Assembly: GCA_963794325.1 (NCBI GenBank)
Contig: CAWCDG010000010.1
Location: 1 to 64,000 of the forward strand
Reading direction: 5' to 3'
Source: an uncultured delta proteobacterium
GTDB taxonomy: Bacteria > Desulfobacterota > Binatia > Binatales > Binataceae
DNA length: 64,000 bases
In this document: positions 48,567-58,880 of the stretch, in pieces
Position numbering within the stretch: the first letter of the stretch is position 1
Layout: every line of letters begins with the position of its first letter
The notes under the pieces: generated by a model
The model's input: only the letters and a program-made list of their open reading frames with translations
The model's database searches: none
Told to the model about the DNA's origin: nothing
Translations under genes and position numbers: made by a program

Positions 48567-50778
48567 TCACGCGTGCCCCAACGCGGCCAGCACGCGATCC
48601 GGAGTCATCGGGAGTGAGCGGACCGGCACGCCGATCGCATCGTACACTGCGCATGCGACTGCGGCGGTGCTCGCGACGTGGGCGACCTCGCCAAGGCCCA
48701 TCACGCCGGTGTTGGTGATGCCGTTGGCGACTTCGAAAAACGTCACGTCGATTTGCGGCACGTCGAGCGCGCCGAGCAGCTTGTAGTCATCCATCGTGGG
48801 ATTCACCATGATGCCGAGCTGCGGGTCCATCCGGCGATCCTCGAACAGCGCGAACCCGATTCCCATCAGGATGCCGCCGTTGACCTGGCTGCGCGCGGTA
48901 AGCGGATCGACGATGCGGCCCGCGTCGTGCACCGCGACGACATGCGTCACGCGCACAATTCCCGTCTCGGTATCGACTTCGACTTCGGCGAACTGGCATC
49001 CCGCCTGATCGGTGCGAAAGCCTTCGTAGTTGGGGACGCGCTCGCCTTGCGCGGAAATCGAATCGCCGGGAATCCTCTTGCACACGTCGGTAAATGAAAT
49101 TGATCGCGAGGGATTGGTGCGCACGCGAATCGTTTCGCCGGCAGCTTCGAGGTCGCCCGGATCGGCGCCAAGAATCGGCGCGGCGATGCGAAAGAGCTTG
49201 TCCTTGAGATGCGCCGCGGCCTGACGCACGGCAGGCGAGTTGGACGGCGCGCTAAGACTGCCGCCGCTCGGCACTGAAAAGAGAAATCGCGTGTCGCCGA
49301 TTTCCGATTTCACTCGAGCCACGGGCAGTCCGAGTTCCTCGGCCGCGACAATCGCCAGAACTGTGCGCGTGCCGGTGCCGATATCCTGCGTGCCGACGCG
49401 GACCTCTACGCTGCCGTCGCGATGCGCGATCACTTGCGCCTCCGGGCCCGACACTCCGACCGCATGCCACTCGGCAGACGCGACGCCGACACCGCGCTTG
49501 ATCGGGCCGCTCGATTTCGCGGCTCCATTTTTCTCGGCCCATCCAAACGCGCGCGCACCGATTTCGTATTCGGCGGCGCGAACCGGATTGTCGCTGTTGC
49601 GGCGGCGGAACTCGAGCCGGTCGATGTTCGCTTTGCGCGCCATCTCGTCCATCGCGAGCTCCAGCGCGAAGCATCCTTGCGGCCATCCGGGCGCGCGCAT
49701 CGGAGACGAGCCGGCCCGGCGTTGGTGTAGATGCTGGTTTCCTGAGTGCGGATATTCGGACATCGATAGACAGAGCCGAAGGGTCCCGCGCTGCCGGCGC
49801 CGCCGCCGATTCCGCCGCTGCCGCGCGTCACCAGGTCGATCGCGGTCAACTTGCCGTCGCGATCGACGCCCATCTTCACCTTCTGCTCGGAGTTCGGACG
49901 GTTGCCAGTCGAGCGATGCTCGTCGGCGCGCGGGAGCATCACCTTCACACGTCACGCCGGTCATCTTCGCCAGCCGCGACGCTACAATAATTTCGGGAGT
50001 CGCGCCGAACTTCGAGCCGAAGCCGCCGCCAAGGTATTCGCAGACCACGCGGACACTGTCGGGCGGCAAGCTGAAATATACCGCGAGGTCGTCGCGCACT
50101 GAAAATACGCCCTGCGTCGAGCACCAGACCGTGAGCTGGTCGCCCGATGCGTTGAAGCTCGCGACCGCGCCGTGCGTTTCGAGACAGACATGCGTCTGCA
50201 CCGGCGTCGTGTAGGTCGCCTCGATGGTGTTCGCGGCTATCTCGAGACCCTTAGGCACATCGCCGGCGCTCGCGTGTTTGATCTTGCCGACGTTCGACGC
50301 GCTGCCGAAAACGCGCGGCGCCGAATCTTTTGCGGCAGAGTCCATCTCGACCACGAACGGCAAGGTTTCGTAATCGACTTTGATTAGCTTGAGCGCGTCG
50401 GCGGCGATATCGGAACTGATCGCAGCGACACTGGCGACTTCCTGGCCGGCGAAACGGATTTCGCGATCGTCGAGCGCAAGGACGGCGCGCACGCCGTCGA
50501 GATGCTGCGCCGCAGACAGATCGATGTTGCGAATCCGCGCATGCGGCCACGGACTACGCAGGATCGCGCCGTATAGCATCCCGGGCAATTCGATATCGTA
50601 AGTGTAGTGTGCAGCGCCGGTCGATTTCAGCGGATCCATCGACGCGCGGCGTGGGCTTGCCGACGACCGAGAGGCGGTCGCCCCATTGCCATGGCGTCGG
50701 CTCGTCGTCGGGGATAACGAGGGTGACATCGCGCGTGTTGCCCTGAAAGCCGAGGTTGAGAGTGACGCGGCGCGACAT
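48567..50778 (-). pseudogene. Xanthine dehydrogenase family Mo-binding subunit (PaoC-like) with three frameshifts; possibly assembly error
   Basis: Homology passes through ORFs 50554-50778, 48567-50729 and 49430-49948; shifts near 50635, 49950 and 49710; motifs GGGFGSK, MRAPG, QDIGTG, GLGE intact. Confidence 0.75.
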
Positions 50779-51410
50779 TAGACGTCCTTGGTGGCGCGTG
50801 CGGTTTTACCGGCCCTGAGAGCGGCCGCGAAGACGTGCGGGTAAGTGCCGCATCGACAAGTATTTCCCGCGGTCGCGTGTTTGATTTCGTCAATTGTCGC
50901 AGCCGGATTTTTTTCGAGCGCCGCCGCAACCGACATCACCATGCCCGGCGTGCAGAAGCCGCATTGCTGTGCGTCCTCTTCGACGAAGGCGGCCTGCACC
51001 GGATGCATATTCGCCACTGTGCCGAGGCCCTCGATCGTCGTAACCTGGTGACCGCGCGCGTCGAGCGCCAGCACCATGCACGAGGTCACAGGTTTGCCGT
51101 CAAGATGGACGGTGCATGCGCCACACGCACCGCGATCACAAACGAGTTTCGTGCCGGTCAATCCGAGGTGTTCACGAAGCGCGCGCAGCAGCGTCACGCG
51201 TGGCTCGATCTCGAGCGTCGTTGGCTTGCCGTTGATATTGAGTTGGATGGTCGCGGCTGCAGGCCCAAGCTTCTCGACGACACCTGGCGGTAGCGTTTTT
51301 TCATCCGCGGATACCGGCCCAACCCGCACCAAGCCTGCCGCGGCCGCAACTGCGCCGGCGCCCTTGATGAACGATCGGCGGCTGATGGCGTTGGGCTTGC
51401 GAGTTTTCAT
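50778..51410 (-). CDS. Tat-signal [2Fe-2S] subunit (PaoA/YagT-like)
   Basis: SRRSFIK; CDRGACGAC; QCGFCTPG; CRCG. Confidence 0.92.
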   Translation of the reverse strand: MKTRKPNAISRRSFIKGAGAVAAAAGLVRVGPVSADEKTLPPGVVEKLGPAAATIQLNINGKPTTLEIEPRVTLLRALREHLGLTGTKLVCDRGACGACTVHLDGKPVTSCMVLALDARGHQVTTIEGLGTVANMHPVQAAFVEEDAQQCGFCTPGMVMSVAAALEKNPAATIDEIKHATAGNTCRCGTYPHVFAAALRAGKTARATKDV

Positions 51411-51414
51411 TTTT

Positions 51415-51969
51415 TCACTTGGAGGTTGCGGCTGCGGTATCGCGAGCGGGATCGGATGTCATGAAAAAAGCGATCGCGATACCGAAAAGAATCATCCCGA
51501 CTGGAAGCGCAAACGCAGCTATCTTGACCGAGTAAACGCCCGCCGTCAGAAGCTTGTCAAGAAACATTCCGGTGTCGTAGCCGAAACGGTCGATCAGCGA
51601 GGCGGTAGCGAATGCGCCGCTGGTGAATCTGAAGCGCGCGACTTCGGCGCCGATTCGTCCGACGATCGGCAGCGCGAGTGCGGATGCGAGCACGGCGGCG
51701 ACCATCGAGCGGTTCTTCATTTCGCCGCCGTGCACCAACCGCGCGCCGATGCGAATTCCGATCAACATTCCCAAGGCGGTAGCGGCGCACTCGAGGATTG
51801 CGAACTCGTTGGAATTCCACCACGCGCCGAAGGTCGGATTCAGATATCTCACGACGAGATGCGCGCCCGTCCCATAACTGAGCGTGAAAATCACAGTGAG
51901 CAGTATCGCGACGAACGTGAGTCGTCCCATCCATCGGGGGGTTCGTCGCGGTTTTTTCGTTCGTGCCAT
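51415..51969 (-). CDS. Hypothetical membrane protein
   Basis: About 4 TM helices; tightly spaced in the minus-strand run. Confidence 0.65.
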   Translation of the reverse strand: MARTKKPRRTPRWMGRLTFVAILLTVIFTLSYGTGAHLVVRYLNPTFGAWWNSNEFAILECAATALGMLIGIRIGARLVHGGEMKNRSMVAAVLASALALPIVGRIGAEVARFRFTSGAFATASLIDRFGYDTGMFLDKLLTAGVYSVKIAAFALPVGMILFGIAIAFFMTSDPARDTAAATSK

Positions 51970-51979
51970 CGGTGAGCCG

Positions 51980-52462
51980 TCAGCGAATCGCGGCGACGAT
52001 CGCGCCCGCGCCGCGCGTGAGTCCGATCGAGAGATAGACAATCAGCAGGACGATCGAGCCAACTGTCAGCCCGACGCGGCGGAAGCGCGCTTGCAAGTCC
52101 GCGACTTCCGGATTCGGACCCGTGGCGGAGAGTCGCCAGATTTGCGCGCCGAGGTTTCCGTATTGATAGAGCGCGAGGCCGATTACGACGACGACCAGCA
52201 CCAATTTGATCGCGAGCAGAATCGAAACGCCGCCGATAAACAGCACGTTGAAGATTCCCGTCACGACCAATACGGCGAGAGAGGTAAGCACAATCGCACC
52301 GAGGCGTCGAACGATACGGCGACTGACACGAATCCGCGATGGCGGATCGAGCTCGTCGATCAGAACCGGAGCGAGGGCGAAGGTGCTGAAGAGCGAGCCG
52401 CCGAGCGCGACGATCACGGCCACGATGTGCACGAAGAGCACGGCGAAGCGCAGGCTAAGCAT
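51980..52462 (-). CDS. CopD/DUF2269-like 4-TM protein
   Basis: FVHIVAVIVALGGSLF..LVVTG..AIKLVLV. Confidence 0.7.
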   Translation of the reverse strand: MLSLRFAVLFVHIVAVIVALGGSLFSTFALAPVLIDELDPPSRIRVSRRIVRRLGAIVLTSLAVLVVTGIFNVLFIGGVSILLAIKLVLVVVVIGLALYQYGNLGAQIWRLSATGPNPEVADLQARFRRVGLTVGSIVLLIVYLSIGLTRGAGAIVAAIR

Positions 52463-52491
52463 CTACGCAATGAATACTACAGCAATGAATA

Positions 52492-53607
52492 CTACAAATC
52501 GCGGCGGTAGGTGACGAAATTGCCGGTGACGTGAGCGCCCAGGCTGAGGGCGGTGCGGCGTGAGGCCCAGTTGTCGTCGAGCACGAGTGTGTAGCCGGCA
52601 AAGCGCATCTTGCGGCGCGCCATCGCGAGGAACGATCGGGCGGCCATCGCGATCGCGATTCCTCGTCCGCGGGCGCTTTCAATGACTCCGATGTTTATCA
52701 GGGCGCCGCGGGTGCCGCCGCCGCGCGCGGGATCGAGCCGGACGCCCCTGCGCACGCGGGCCAGTGCGGGACTCAGATCCGGCACCGAGAAGACCGCACC
52801 GGCACATTGGCCGTTGATGGTTGCGAGCATCGATAGATCGGCAACCGGAGTCTCCCACAACGAGGTCAGCATCGGACGCACTTCGGCGCGGGTCACTGGA
52901 TTCCATCCCCAATGGCGATCGAACGCGGCGTTGGTCACGTCAGTCCACGCGTCAATCGCGGCCAGGAACCCGTACTCGCGCCAACTCTGAATCGTGAGGC
53001 CAGCCATCGCGGCCGCCTCCGTCATCTGGCGATAGCGCGCGAGGATTTCGGGGGTCAGCGGCGCGGTGTAATCGACCTGACCTTTTTCAGTTACGAAGCC
53101 GGCTTCCTTGAAGTAGCGATGGTACGACGCTGGATTTCCGCGCAGCAGGAACGACGGCAACGCACTGTAGTTGTCGATCGCATACGGATAGTCGAGAAAC
53201 GCCGCGAAGCCGCTGCGCACGGCGCGCATCCCGCGATCGCGGAGCGATTGCACAGCCTGATTGAGCATCGCGGCAACGCTGACGTCCTCGCCCTCGAGCG
53301 CCTCAAACTGAATCAACTGTCCGAGCTGATCGTTCCAGTGTTCGATATAGCGGCGATTGATAACGGCGCTGACGCGAGCGACGAGAACGCCTCCACGACG
53401 CGCGCAGAAGGGGGTGACTTCCAGGTGCGTCGAGAGCAGGCTGCGGCGCGACAGCAGATCGAGTTCATTCTGCACATCGGGCGGCCACCACGCATCGCGC
53501 GCGCTGTAAACCTGAAACGGGAGCCGCGCGAACTCCTCGAGCTGCTGGCGGGTGGTCGGCCGTTCGATTGTGATCGTGTCGCTGGTAAGTTTGGGATTGG
53601 CTGCCAT
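52492..53607 (-). CDS. Tandem GNAT-fold protein (YghO-like)
   Basis: EFARLPFQVY..WWPP; ARGRGIA; LVLDDN. Confidence 0.7.
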   Translation of the reverse strand: MAANPKLTSDTITIERPTTRQQLEEFARLPFQVYSARDAWWPPDVQNELDLLSRRSLLSTHLEVTPFCARRGGVLVARVSAVINRRYIEHWNDQLGQLIQFEALEGEDVSVAAMLNQAVQSLRDRGMRAVRSGFAAFLDYPYAIDNYSALPSFLLRGNPASYHRYFKEAGFVTEKGQVDYTAPLTPEILARYRQMTEAAAMAGLTIQSWREYGFLAAIDAWTDVTNAAFDRHWGWNPVTRAEVRPMLTSLWETPVADLSMLATINGQCAGAVFSVPDLSPALARVRRGVRLDPARGGGTRGALINIGVIESARGRGIAIAMAARSFLAMARRKMRFAGYTLVLDDNWASRRTALSLGAHVTGNFVTYRRDL

Positions 53608-53698
53608 CAGTTGAGCCGCATCGCGTGCTCAACAATTCTTATAGCTGCGGACGCAGCAAAGATCATCTCGATTCGTGGATCGCGATCGGTGCGAATTA

Positions 53699-53732
53699 CC
53701 TAACCCCTAACCCCTTCCCGAGCGGGAAGGGG
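53699..53732 (-). repeat. Palindromic repeat, family B (reverse)
   Basis: CCTAACCCCTAACCCCTTCCCGAGCGGGAAGGGG. Confidence 0.9.
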
Positions 53733-53755
53733 AACAAGAAAAAATTCCGCAGAGG

Positions 53756-54577
53756 TCACTGAGAGGGAGCGGAGACTGTCGTTACGAGGTTGTCGGAGAG
53801 CCAGCGGGCGAGGATTTGATTCATTGTGGCGACGGGATCCTCAATGTCGGCGTTCGCCGCGACGACCTCGCAAATTTCCGCGAAGGTGACGCCGCGCGAG
53901 GCTGCGTCGAGCGCATCCGCCTCGGCGCGATCGAGATCGCGGTAGAAGACTCGCGCGTGCCGCCATACGAGGACTTTGATGGGGCCGCGATCTGCGGGTT
54001 TCCAGGGACGATCCTCTTCGACCGCGCGCAACAGCTCTGATACTCGCCAGTCCAGTGCGAGTATCTGCGCCGACGGATGTATCCGGAGTTTCAGTGCCGG
54101 CCAGTCTTCAGGTGCGGTGGCGCGGAGCGAGTCGGGCTCGAGCGTGGCGGCATCGGGACCGAGGAACACTTCGACGACCGCGCGTTCGAGCTTGGCGAGG
54201 TCCGCGATAAACGGCGCGCTCTCGCGCATCGGGTGATCGCGCAGATACTCCGTGAGGTGGCTTCCGCATTGCGAGATCGACGGCTGGGTTGGCGGATATT
54301 CGAGCAGGTAGCCGGTGATCAGATTGTGAAAGTTGTCATCGCCGAGAACCGCGAGCGTCGCGGGGAAATCCTCTTTGAGCGCGTCGCGGATGCGGTAGAA
54401 ATACATGTTCGCGTAGATATCGACGCGATCTTCCGCCGACAGGCGATCGTCGCCGAGGACGATAGCGTCGAGGCCTGCCGCACCGAGGTGCTCAGCAGCG
54501 AGACCCTCGGCGACGCCGCTAACTGCGGTGATCAGCCGATAGAGCAGGCTTTGCAGATCTTTTAGATGCGTCGGCAT
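53756..54577 (-). CDS. DUF2063 MNIO partner protein (BufC/HvfC-like)
   Basis: RVDIYANMYFYRIRDALKEDFP..ADLAKLE; adjacent to DUF692. Confidence 0.88.
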   Translation of the reverse strand: MPTHLKDLQSLLYRLITAVSGVAEGLAAEHLGAAGLDAIVLGDDRLSAEDRVDIYANMYFYRIRDALKEDFPATLAVLGDDNFHNLITGYLLEYPPTQPSISQCGSHLTEYLRDHPMRESAPFIADLAKLERAVVEVFLGPDAATLEPDSLRATAPEDWPALKLRIHPSAQILALDWRVSELLRAVEEDRPWKPADRGPIKVLVWRHARVFYRDLDRAEADALDAASRGVTFAEICEVVAANADIEDPVATMNQILARWLSDNLVTTVSAPSQ

Positions 54578-55391
54578 TGAAAATGTCGCGGGCGCGAGCC
54601 GCGGTCTCCGCCAGCTCTGCGAAGTCCGGGATGTTGTCGTCCCATTCGATCAGCGCTGACACCGCGCCGAAGCGCCGCGCCGCGCGCTGATAGAGCGTCC
54701 ACACTTCGTCGCGCACCGGATGGTCGTGCGTATCGAGCAGGTAGGTGCCGTGATCGCTATGCCCGGCGAGATGGTACTGCACGACGCGATCGGCCGGCAC
54801 CGCGTCGATATAATCGTTGGCGTCGAAGCGATGGTTGAACGCGCTCACGAAGATATTGTTGATGTCGAGCAGGATTCCGCAGTCGGCCTCGTTGGCGATG
54901 GTCGAAATAAATTCCCATTCGGGCATCGTCGAATCCGCGAACGCCATGTAACTCGAAACGTTCTCGATGAGTATCGGCCGCTCGAGCGCGTCCTGCACGG
55001 TCCTGATGCGCGCGACGACGTGATTGATCGCCTCTTCGGTGTACGGGAGCGGCAGCAGGTCGTGAAGATTGCGCCCGCCGACTCCGGTCCAGCACAGATG
55101 ATCCGAGATCCACGCGGGCTCGAATCGCCGCGCGAGGTTGCGCAGTTGCCGCAGGTAGTCGCGATTCAGCGGATCGGTGGATCCAATCGACATCGACACC
55201 CCATGCATCACGATTGGATAGTTGGCGCGCACGCCTTCGAGCACCTCGAGCGCGCGTCCACCCGCGACCATGAAATTTTCCGAGATGACCTCGAACCAAT
55301 CGACCTTGGGACGAGTCTTGAGGACGTGGCTGTAGTGCTCACGCCTTAGTCCGACGCCGTAACCGAGCATCGGGAAGTCAGAACGTCTCAT
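54519..55391 (-). CDS. DUF692 multinuclear non-heme iron oxidase (MNIO, BufB-like)
   Basis: GVGLR..HY, EVISEN, HGVSMS, SDHLCW, IENVSSY, LLDINN, HLAGH, DTH, IEWD. Confidence 0.95.
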   Translation of the reverse strand: MRRSDFPMLGYGVGLRREHYSHVLKTRPKVDWFEVISENFMVAGGRALEVLEGVRANYPIVMHGVSMSIGSTDPLNRDYLRQLRNLARRFEPAWISDHLCWTGVGGRNLHDLLPLPYTEEAINHVVARIRTVQDALERPILIENVSSYMAFADSTMPEWEFISTIANEADCGILLDINNIFVSAFNHRFDANDYIDAVPADRVVQYHLAGHSDHGTYLLDTHDHPVRDEVWTLYQRAARRFGAVSALIEWDDNIPDFAELAETAARARDIFNADASKRSAKPALSADHRS

Positions 55392-55403
55392 GCGCGAGCG
55401 CGC

Positions 55404-55688
55404 TCAGTCGGCTTTCTTGCTGGTATCCGGTTTGCCGCCGGCCGCGATGCATTCCTTGGCCGTCGGCGTCATCACGTAGCCCTTGCCCTTGCAGGAGTTG
55501 GAGCCTTTGCAGCTGCTCTCCGCGCTCTGGCACAAGCTCTGACCCTTGCACGCGTTACCGCCGACGCATTTGACTTGCGACGCCTGTGCACTCGAGTCGG
55601 TGCTATCCGCCGCATACACGTTGTTGCCCGCAAAGATCAGCGCGACCGCCGTCGCCAGCATCGCGCCCGTAAGTTTAGCTTTGGTCAT
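55404..55688 (-). CDS. Secreted Cys-rich RiPP precursor (bufferin BufA2-like)
   Basis: Sec signal; KCVGGNACKGQSLC..SCKGSNSCKGKG..KEC..GG; immediately upstream of DUF692. Confidence 0.85.
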   Translation of the reverse strand: MTKAKLTGAMLATAVALIFAGNNVYAADSTDSSAQASQVKCVGGNACKGQSLCQSAESSCKGSNSCKGKGYVMTPTAKECIAAGGKPDTSKKAD

Positions 55689-55759
55689 AATCGATAACTC
55701 TCCATGTGTTGAGGCATCTGTTCCGCACCGAAACTACTACAGCTTCGGCCAAGAGTCTA

Positions 55760-55785
55760 AACTTGCCGCCCTGCCCGTCGGTTCC
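55760..55785 (-). promoter_or_regulatory. Putative ECF promoter GGAAC-N18-GTT
   Basis: Minus strand GGAAC-cgacgggcagggcggcaa-GTT upstream of the precursor; resembles the SigR/SigH consensus. Confidence 0.4.
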
Positions 55786-55935
55786 TTCGATCTGTAGTAC
55801 GGAGACCAGAACTGATCGGATGCGCAGAGCCGCGAGAACGACCGTCGCACGCGAAATAATCCAACGCCGGCGGGAACATTTCCTTTCTATGCAAGATTTC
55901 AATTATGCGGGATGCTATGTTCTTGAAATCGGCAT

Positions 55936-56514
55936 ATGGCGGACAAGCTCGGAAGCAGCGTGGATCGGCGCAGACGATTCGAAGACGAGGCGCTGCCTCA
56001 TCTCGACGCGCTGTACACGATGGCGTTGCGGCTGTCGCGCAATCCCGACGACGCCAACGATTTGCTGCAGGAGACGGTACTGCGCGCGTACCGCTTCTTT
56101 CATCAATTCGAAAGCGGAACGAATTGTCGCGCGTGGATGCTGACCATCCTGTTCAACAACTTTCGCAACGGCTATCGCAAATCGTCACGCGAACAGCCCG
56201 CTTCGTCGCCAGAAGAGTTCGAGCGCAAGGTAGAGAACGAAAGCCTGCGTACCGACCCCGCAGAATCGAATCCCGAGGCGCTGCTCTCGGGACGAGGGAT
56301 GGAAGGTGAGGTCGAATCGGCACTAGGGAGCTTGCCGGCAGAATTCCGGGAAGCGATTCTCCTGGTCGATGTCGAGGAGCTCAGTTACCAGGAGGTGTCG
56401 GGGGTTCTAAACGTACCGATCGGCACGATAAAATCCAGGGTGTCACGTGGGCGTGCGATTTTGCGTGATGCGTTAGCTAACTTCGCCAAGGAGCGCGGAA
56501 TAATACCGTCTTGA
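55936..56514 (+). CDS. ECF sigma factor (SigH/SigR-like)
   Basis: DANDLLQET..GTNCRAW..SYQEVS..PIGTIKSRVSRGR. Confidence 0.93.
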   Translation: MADKLGSSVDRRRRFEDEALPHLDALYTMALRLSRNPDDANDLLQETVLRAYRFFHQFESGTNCRAWMLTILFNNFRNGYRKSSREQPASSPEEFERKVENESLRTDPAESNPEALLSGRGMEGEVESALGSLPAEFREAILLVDVEELSYQEVSGVLNVPIGTIKSRVSRGRAILRDALANFAKERGIIPS

Positions 56515-56533
56515 CTCCGGCCTACGATGCCGG

Positions 56534-57394
56534 ATGGAGTGGAGCGAGCCGAGCACGATAAGAGTGGATTGCAGCACCTACATCGATAAGTACCTGTCAG
56601 CGCAGGTTGACGGGGAGTTGAGCGCGGCCGAGTTGCGCGACGCCGAGGCGCATCTTGCGGGATGCGTCAATTGTCGCGCGCGTTTCGCCGAGGAGCGCGC
56701 GGTCAAGGCGCTGATGCGCGAGCGCGCTGCGCTGCGGCGGACGCCGCCGATAGTGCGCGGGTCGATCCTCGCGGCGCTCGATGCGATCGATAAAGCCGAT
56801 GCCTCGAAGGTGTCTGCCCGGCAGACCGATCGCGCCGGTGGCGCGGATGGTGGGCGATGGTCGGTTCGCCGCGCGCGTGTATGGCTACCAGTTGCGCTCG
56901 CCGCAGTCGCGATGTTTGCGTTCGTGATACTGCATGGCGGCGGCGTGGCACCGGCGCATGCGGTACCTCCGTTCGACGTCGCGATCAGCCACTACGATCA
57001 TTTCGTCAAGCACTTCGAACCAAACGTCAATTCAGCCACGCCCGCCGAACTCTCGGGCGCCTACATGGATCATCAGTTACCCGGGTTCTTGTGGAATTTT
57101 CAGCACGCCGGGTACAAGCTCCGCGGTGGACGGATCGATCGGCTGGCGGACGGCACTTCGGTGGCTTACACGTTCTATCAGGGCGATACGGGCAGCGTCC
57201 TTTGCACCTTCATGAAGTCGCACGGATTCCAGCCGCCTGACGGTGAGGTCCAGGAGATGAACGGTCATCACTGCTACCGTTACAAGGGCGACAGCGTTTG
57301 CCTGAGCTACCCGCCCGGCGGTTTCATCTGCATCCTGGTCTCACACCGCCCGATGAAGGAATTCCTGCAAGACGTCGCGGACTCCGAGCCCTGA
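56534..57394 (+). CDS. Zinc-binding (zf-HC2) transmembrane anti-sigma factor
   Basis: C..LSAQVDGEL..HLAGCVNC, one TM, periplasmic domain with several Cys. Confidence 0.9.
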   Translation: MEWSEPSTIRVDCSTYIDKYLSAQVDGELSAAELRDAEAHLAGCVNCRARFAEERAVKALMRERAALRRTPPIVRGSILAALDAIDKADASKVSARQTDRAGGADGGRWSVRRARVWLPVALAAVAMFAFVILHGGGVAPAHAVPPFDVAISHYDHFVKHFEPNVNSATPAELSGAYMDHQLPGFLWNFQHAGYKLRGGRIDRLADGTSVAYTFYQGDTGSVLCTFMKSHGFQPPDGEVQEMNGHHCYRYKGDSVCLSYPPGGFICILVSHRPMKEFLQDVADSEP

Positions 57395-57401
57395 TTAGCT
57401 T

Positions 57402-58880
57402 CTACCTTCGATCCGCCTTCAGCCCATCTTCATTCGCAAGAAACAAATGCAGCTGCGCGGGCGTGGTGTCGCGCGGAATTTCGACCGGATAATTCCCTGT
57501 GAAGCAAGCGTCGCAGAATCCCTCGCGGCTTTCGCCGTTGAACGAATACAATCCGTCCCAGCTAAGGAAGGAGAGCGTGTCGGCGGTGATATATTTGCGG
57601 ATCTCTTCGACCGAATGCGACGACGCCAGGAGCTCCTCGCGGGTGGGCGTGTCGATACCGTAGAAGCACGAGTGGGTGGTCGGCGGCGCCGCGATTCGCA
57701 TATGAACTTCGCGCGCGCCTGCCTGGCGGAGCATCGGGATCACTTTGCTGAGCGTGGTGCCGCGCACCAGCGAGTCTTCGATCAGCACGATTCGCTTGCC
57801 ACGCAGCAATTCGGCGACCGGGTTGAATTTGATCTTCACCCCGAAATGGCGAATCGAGGAGCGCGGTTCGATAAAGGTGCGGCCGATGTAATGGCTGCGC
57901 ACCAGGCCCATCTCGAACGGGATCCCCGATTCTTCCGCGAAGCCGAGCGCAGCGGGCGTGCCTGAATCAGGCACCGGCACAACGATGTCGGCGATTGCCG
58001 GAGCCTCGCGCGCGAGCGCCCGCCCCTGCTGCTTGCGGACCTGGTACACGTTGCGGCCGTACACCTGGCTGTCGGGCCTCGAGAAATAAACGTACTCGAA
58101 AATGCATCGCTTGGTCGGCGCATGCGCGAACGGATTCATCGAGCGCAGTCCGGTTTCGTCCACGACGATCATCTCGCCGGGATTGATCTCGCGAACATAT
58201 TCGGCGCGCACCAAATCCAGCGCGCAGGTCTCCGACGCCACGATCGTCGCGCCGTTGAGATTGCCCAGCACCAGCGGTCGAAATCCCTGCGGATCGCGCA
58301 CCGCAATCAACGAATCTTCGGTCAGCACCACCAGCGAGTACGCGCCGCGCACTTGCGTCAGGGCCTCCGCAACTCGCTCGGGCAGTGTGGGCGCGCGCGA
58401 CGCCGCGATAAGATGAATCATCACTTCGCTGTCGGACGACGACTGGAAGATCGATCCGGTCGACTCGAGCCGCTCGCGCAACTCGGCGAAGTTCACGAGG
58501 TTGCCGTTGTGCGCGAGCGCCAGCCCGCCGCGCGCATACTCGACCACCAGGGGCTGACAGTTGCCGATTGTCGTCGAGCCGGTCGTCGAGTAGCGGTTGT
58601 GCCCGATAGCGCTGGTGCCTTCGAGGTTCGCGATGGTCGAACTGTCGAAGATGTCGGCGACCAGCCCCATCCCGCGATGCGAGATCAGGGACTTACCGTT
58701 GGACGAAACGATCCCCGCGGATTCCTGCCCCCGATGCTGCTGCGCGTACAAGCCGAGGTACGCGAGGTTGGCGGCCTCGGGATGCCGGTAGACGCCGAAC
58801 ACGCCGCACTCTTCGTGGAATACGTCGAGGGGCGATTCTTCGACTGCTTCGACCGCAAGGACCGAATCTTCTTCAGTCAC
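57402..58880 (-). CDS. purF: Amidophosphoribosyltransferase (propeptide, Fe-S type)
   Basis: [42 protein letters not shown]. Confidence 0.96.
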   Translation of the reverse strand: MTEEDSVLAVEAVEESPLDVFHEECGVFGVYRHPEAANLAYLGLYAQQHRGQESAGIVSSNGKSLISHRGMGLVADIFDSSTIANLEGTSAIGHNRYSTTGSTTIGNCQPLVVEYARGGLALAHNGNLVNFAELRERLESTGSIFQSSSDSEVMIHLIAASRAPTLPERVAEALTQVRGAYSLVVLTEDSLIAVRDPQGFRPLVLGNLNGATIVASETCALDLVRAEYVREINPGEMIVVDETGLRSMNPFAHAPTKRCIFEYVYFSRPDSQVYGRNVYQVRKQQGRALAREAPAIADIVVPVPDSGTPAALGFAEESGIPFEMGLVRSHYIGRTFIEPRSSIRHFGVKIKFNPVAELLRGKRIVLIEDSLVRGTTLSKVIPMLRQAGAREVHMRIAAPPTTHSCFYGIDTPTREELLASSHSVEEIRKYITADTLSFLSWDGLYSFNGESREGFCDACFTGNYPVEIPRDTTPAQLHLFLANEDGLKADRR

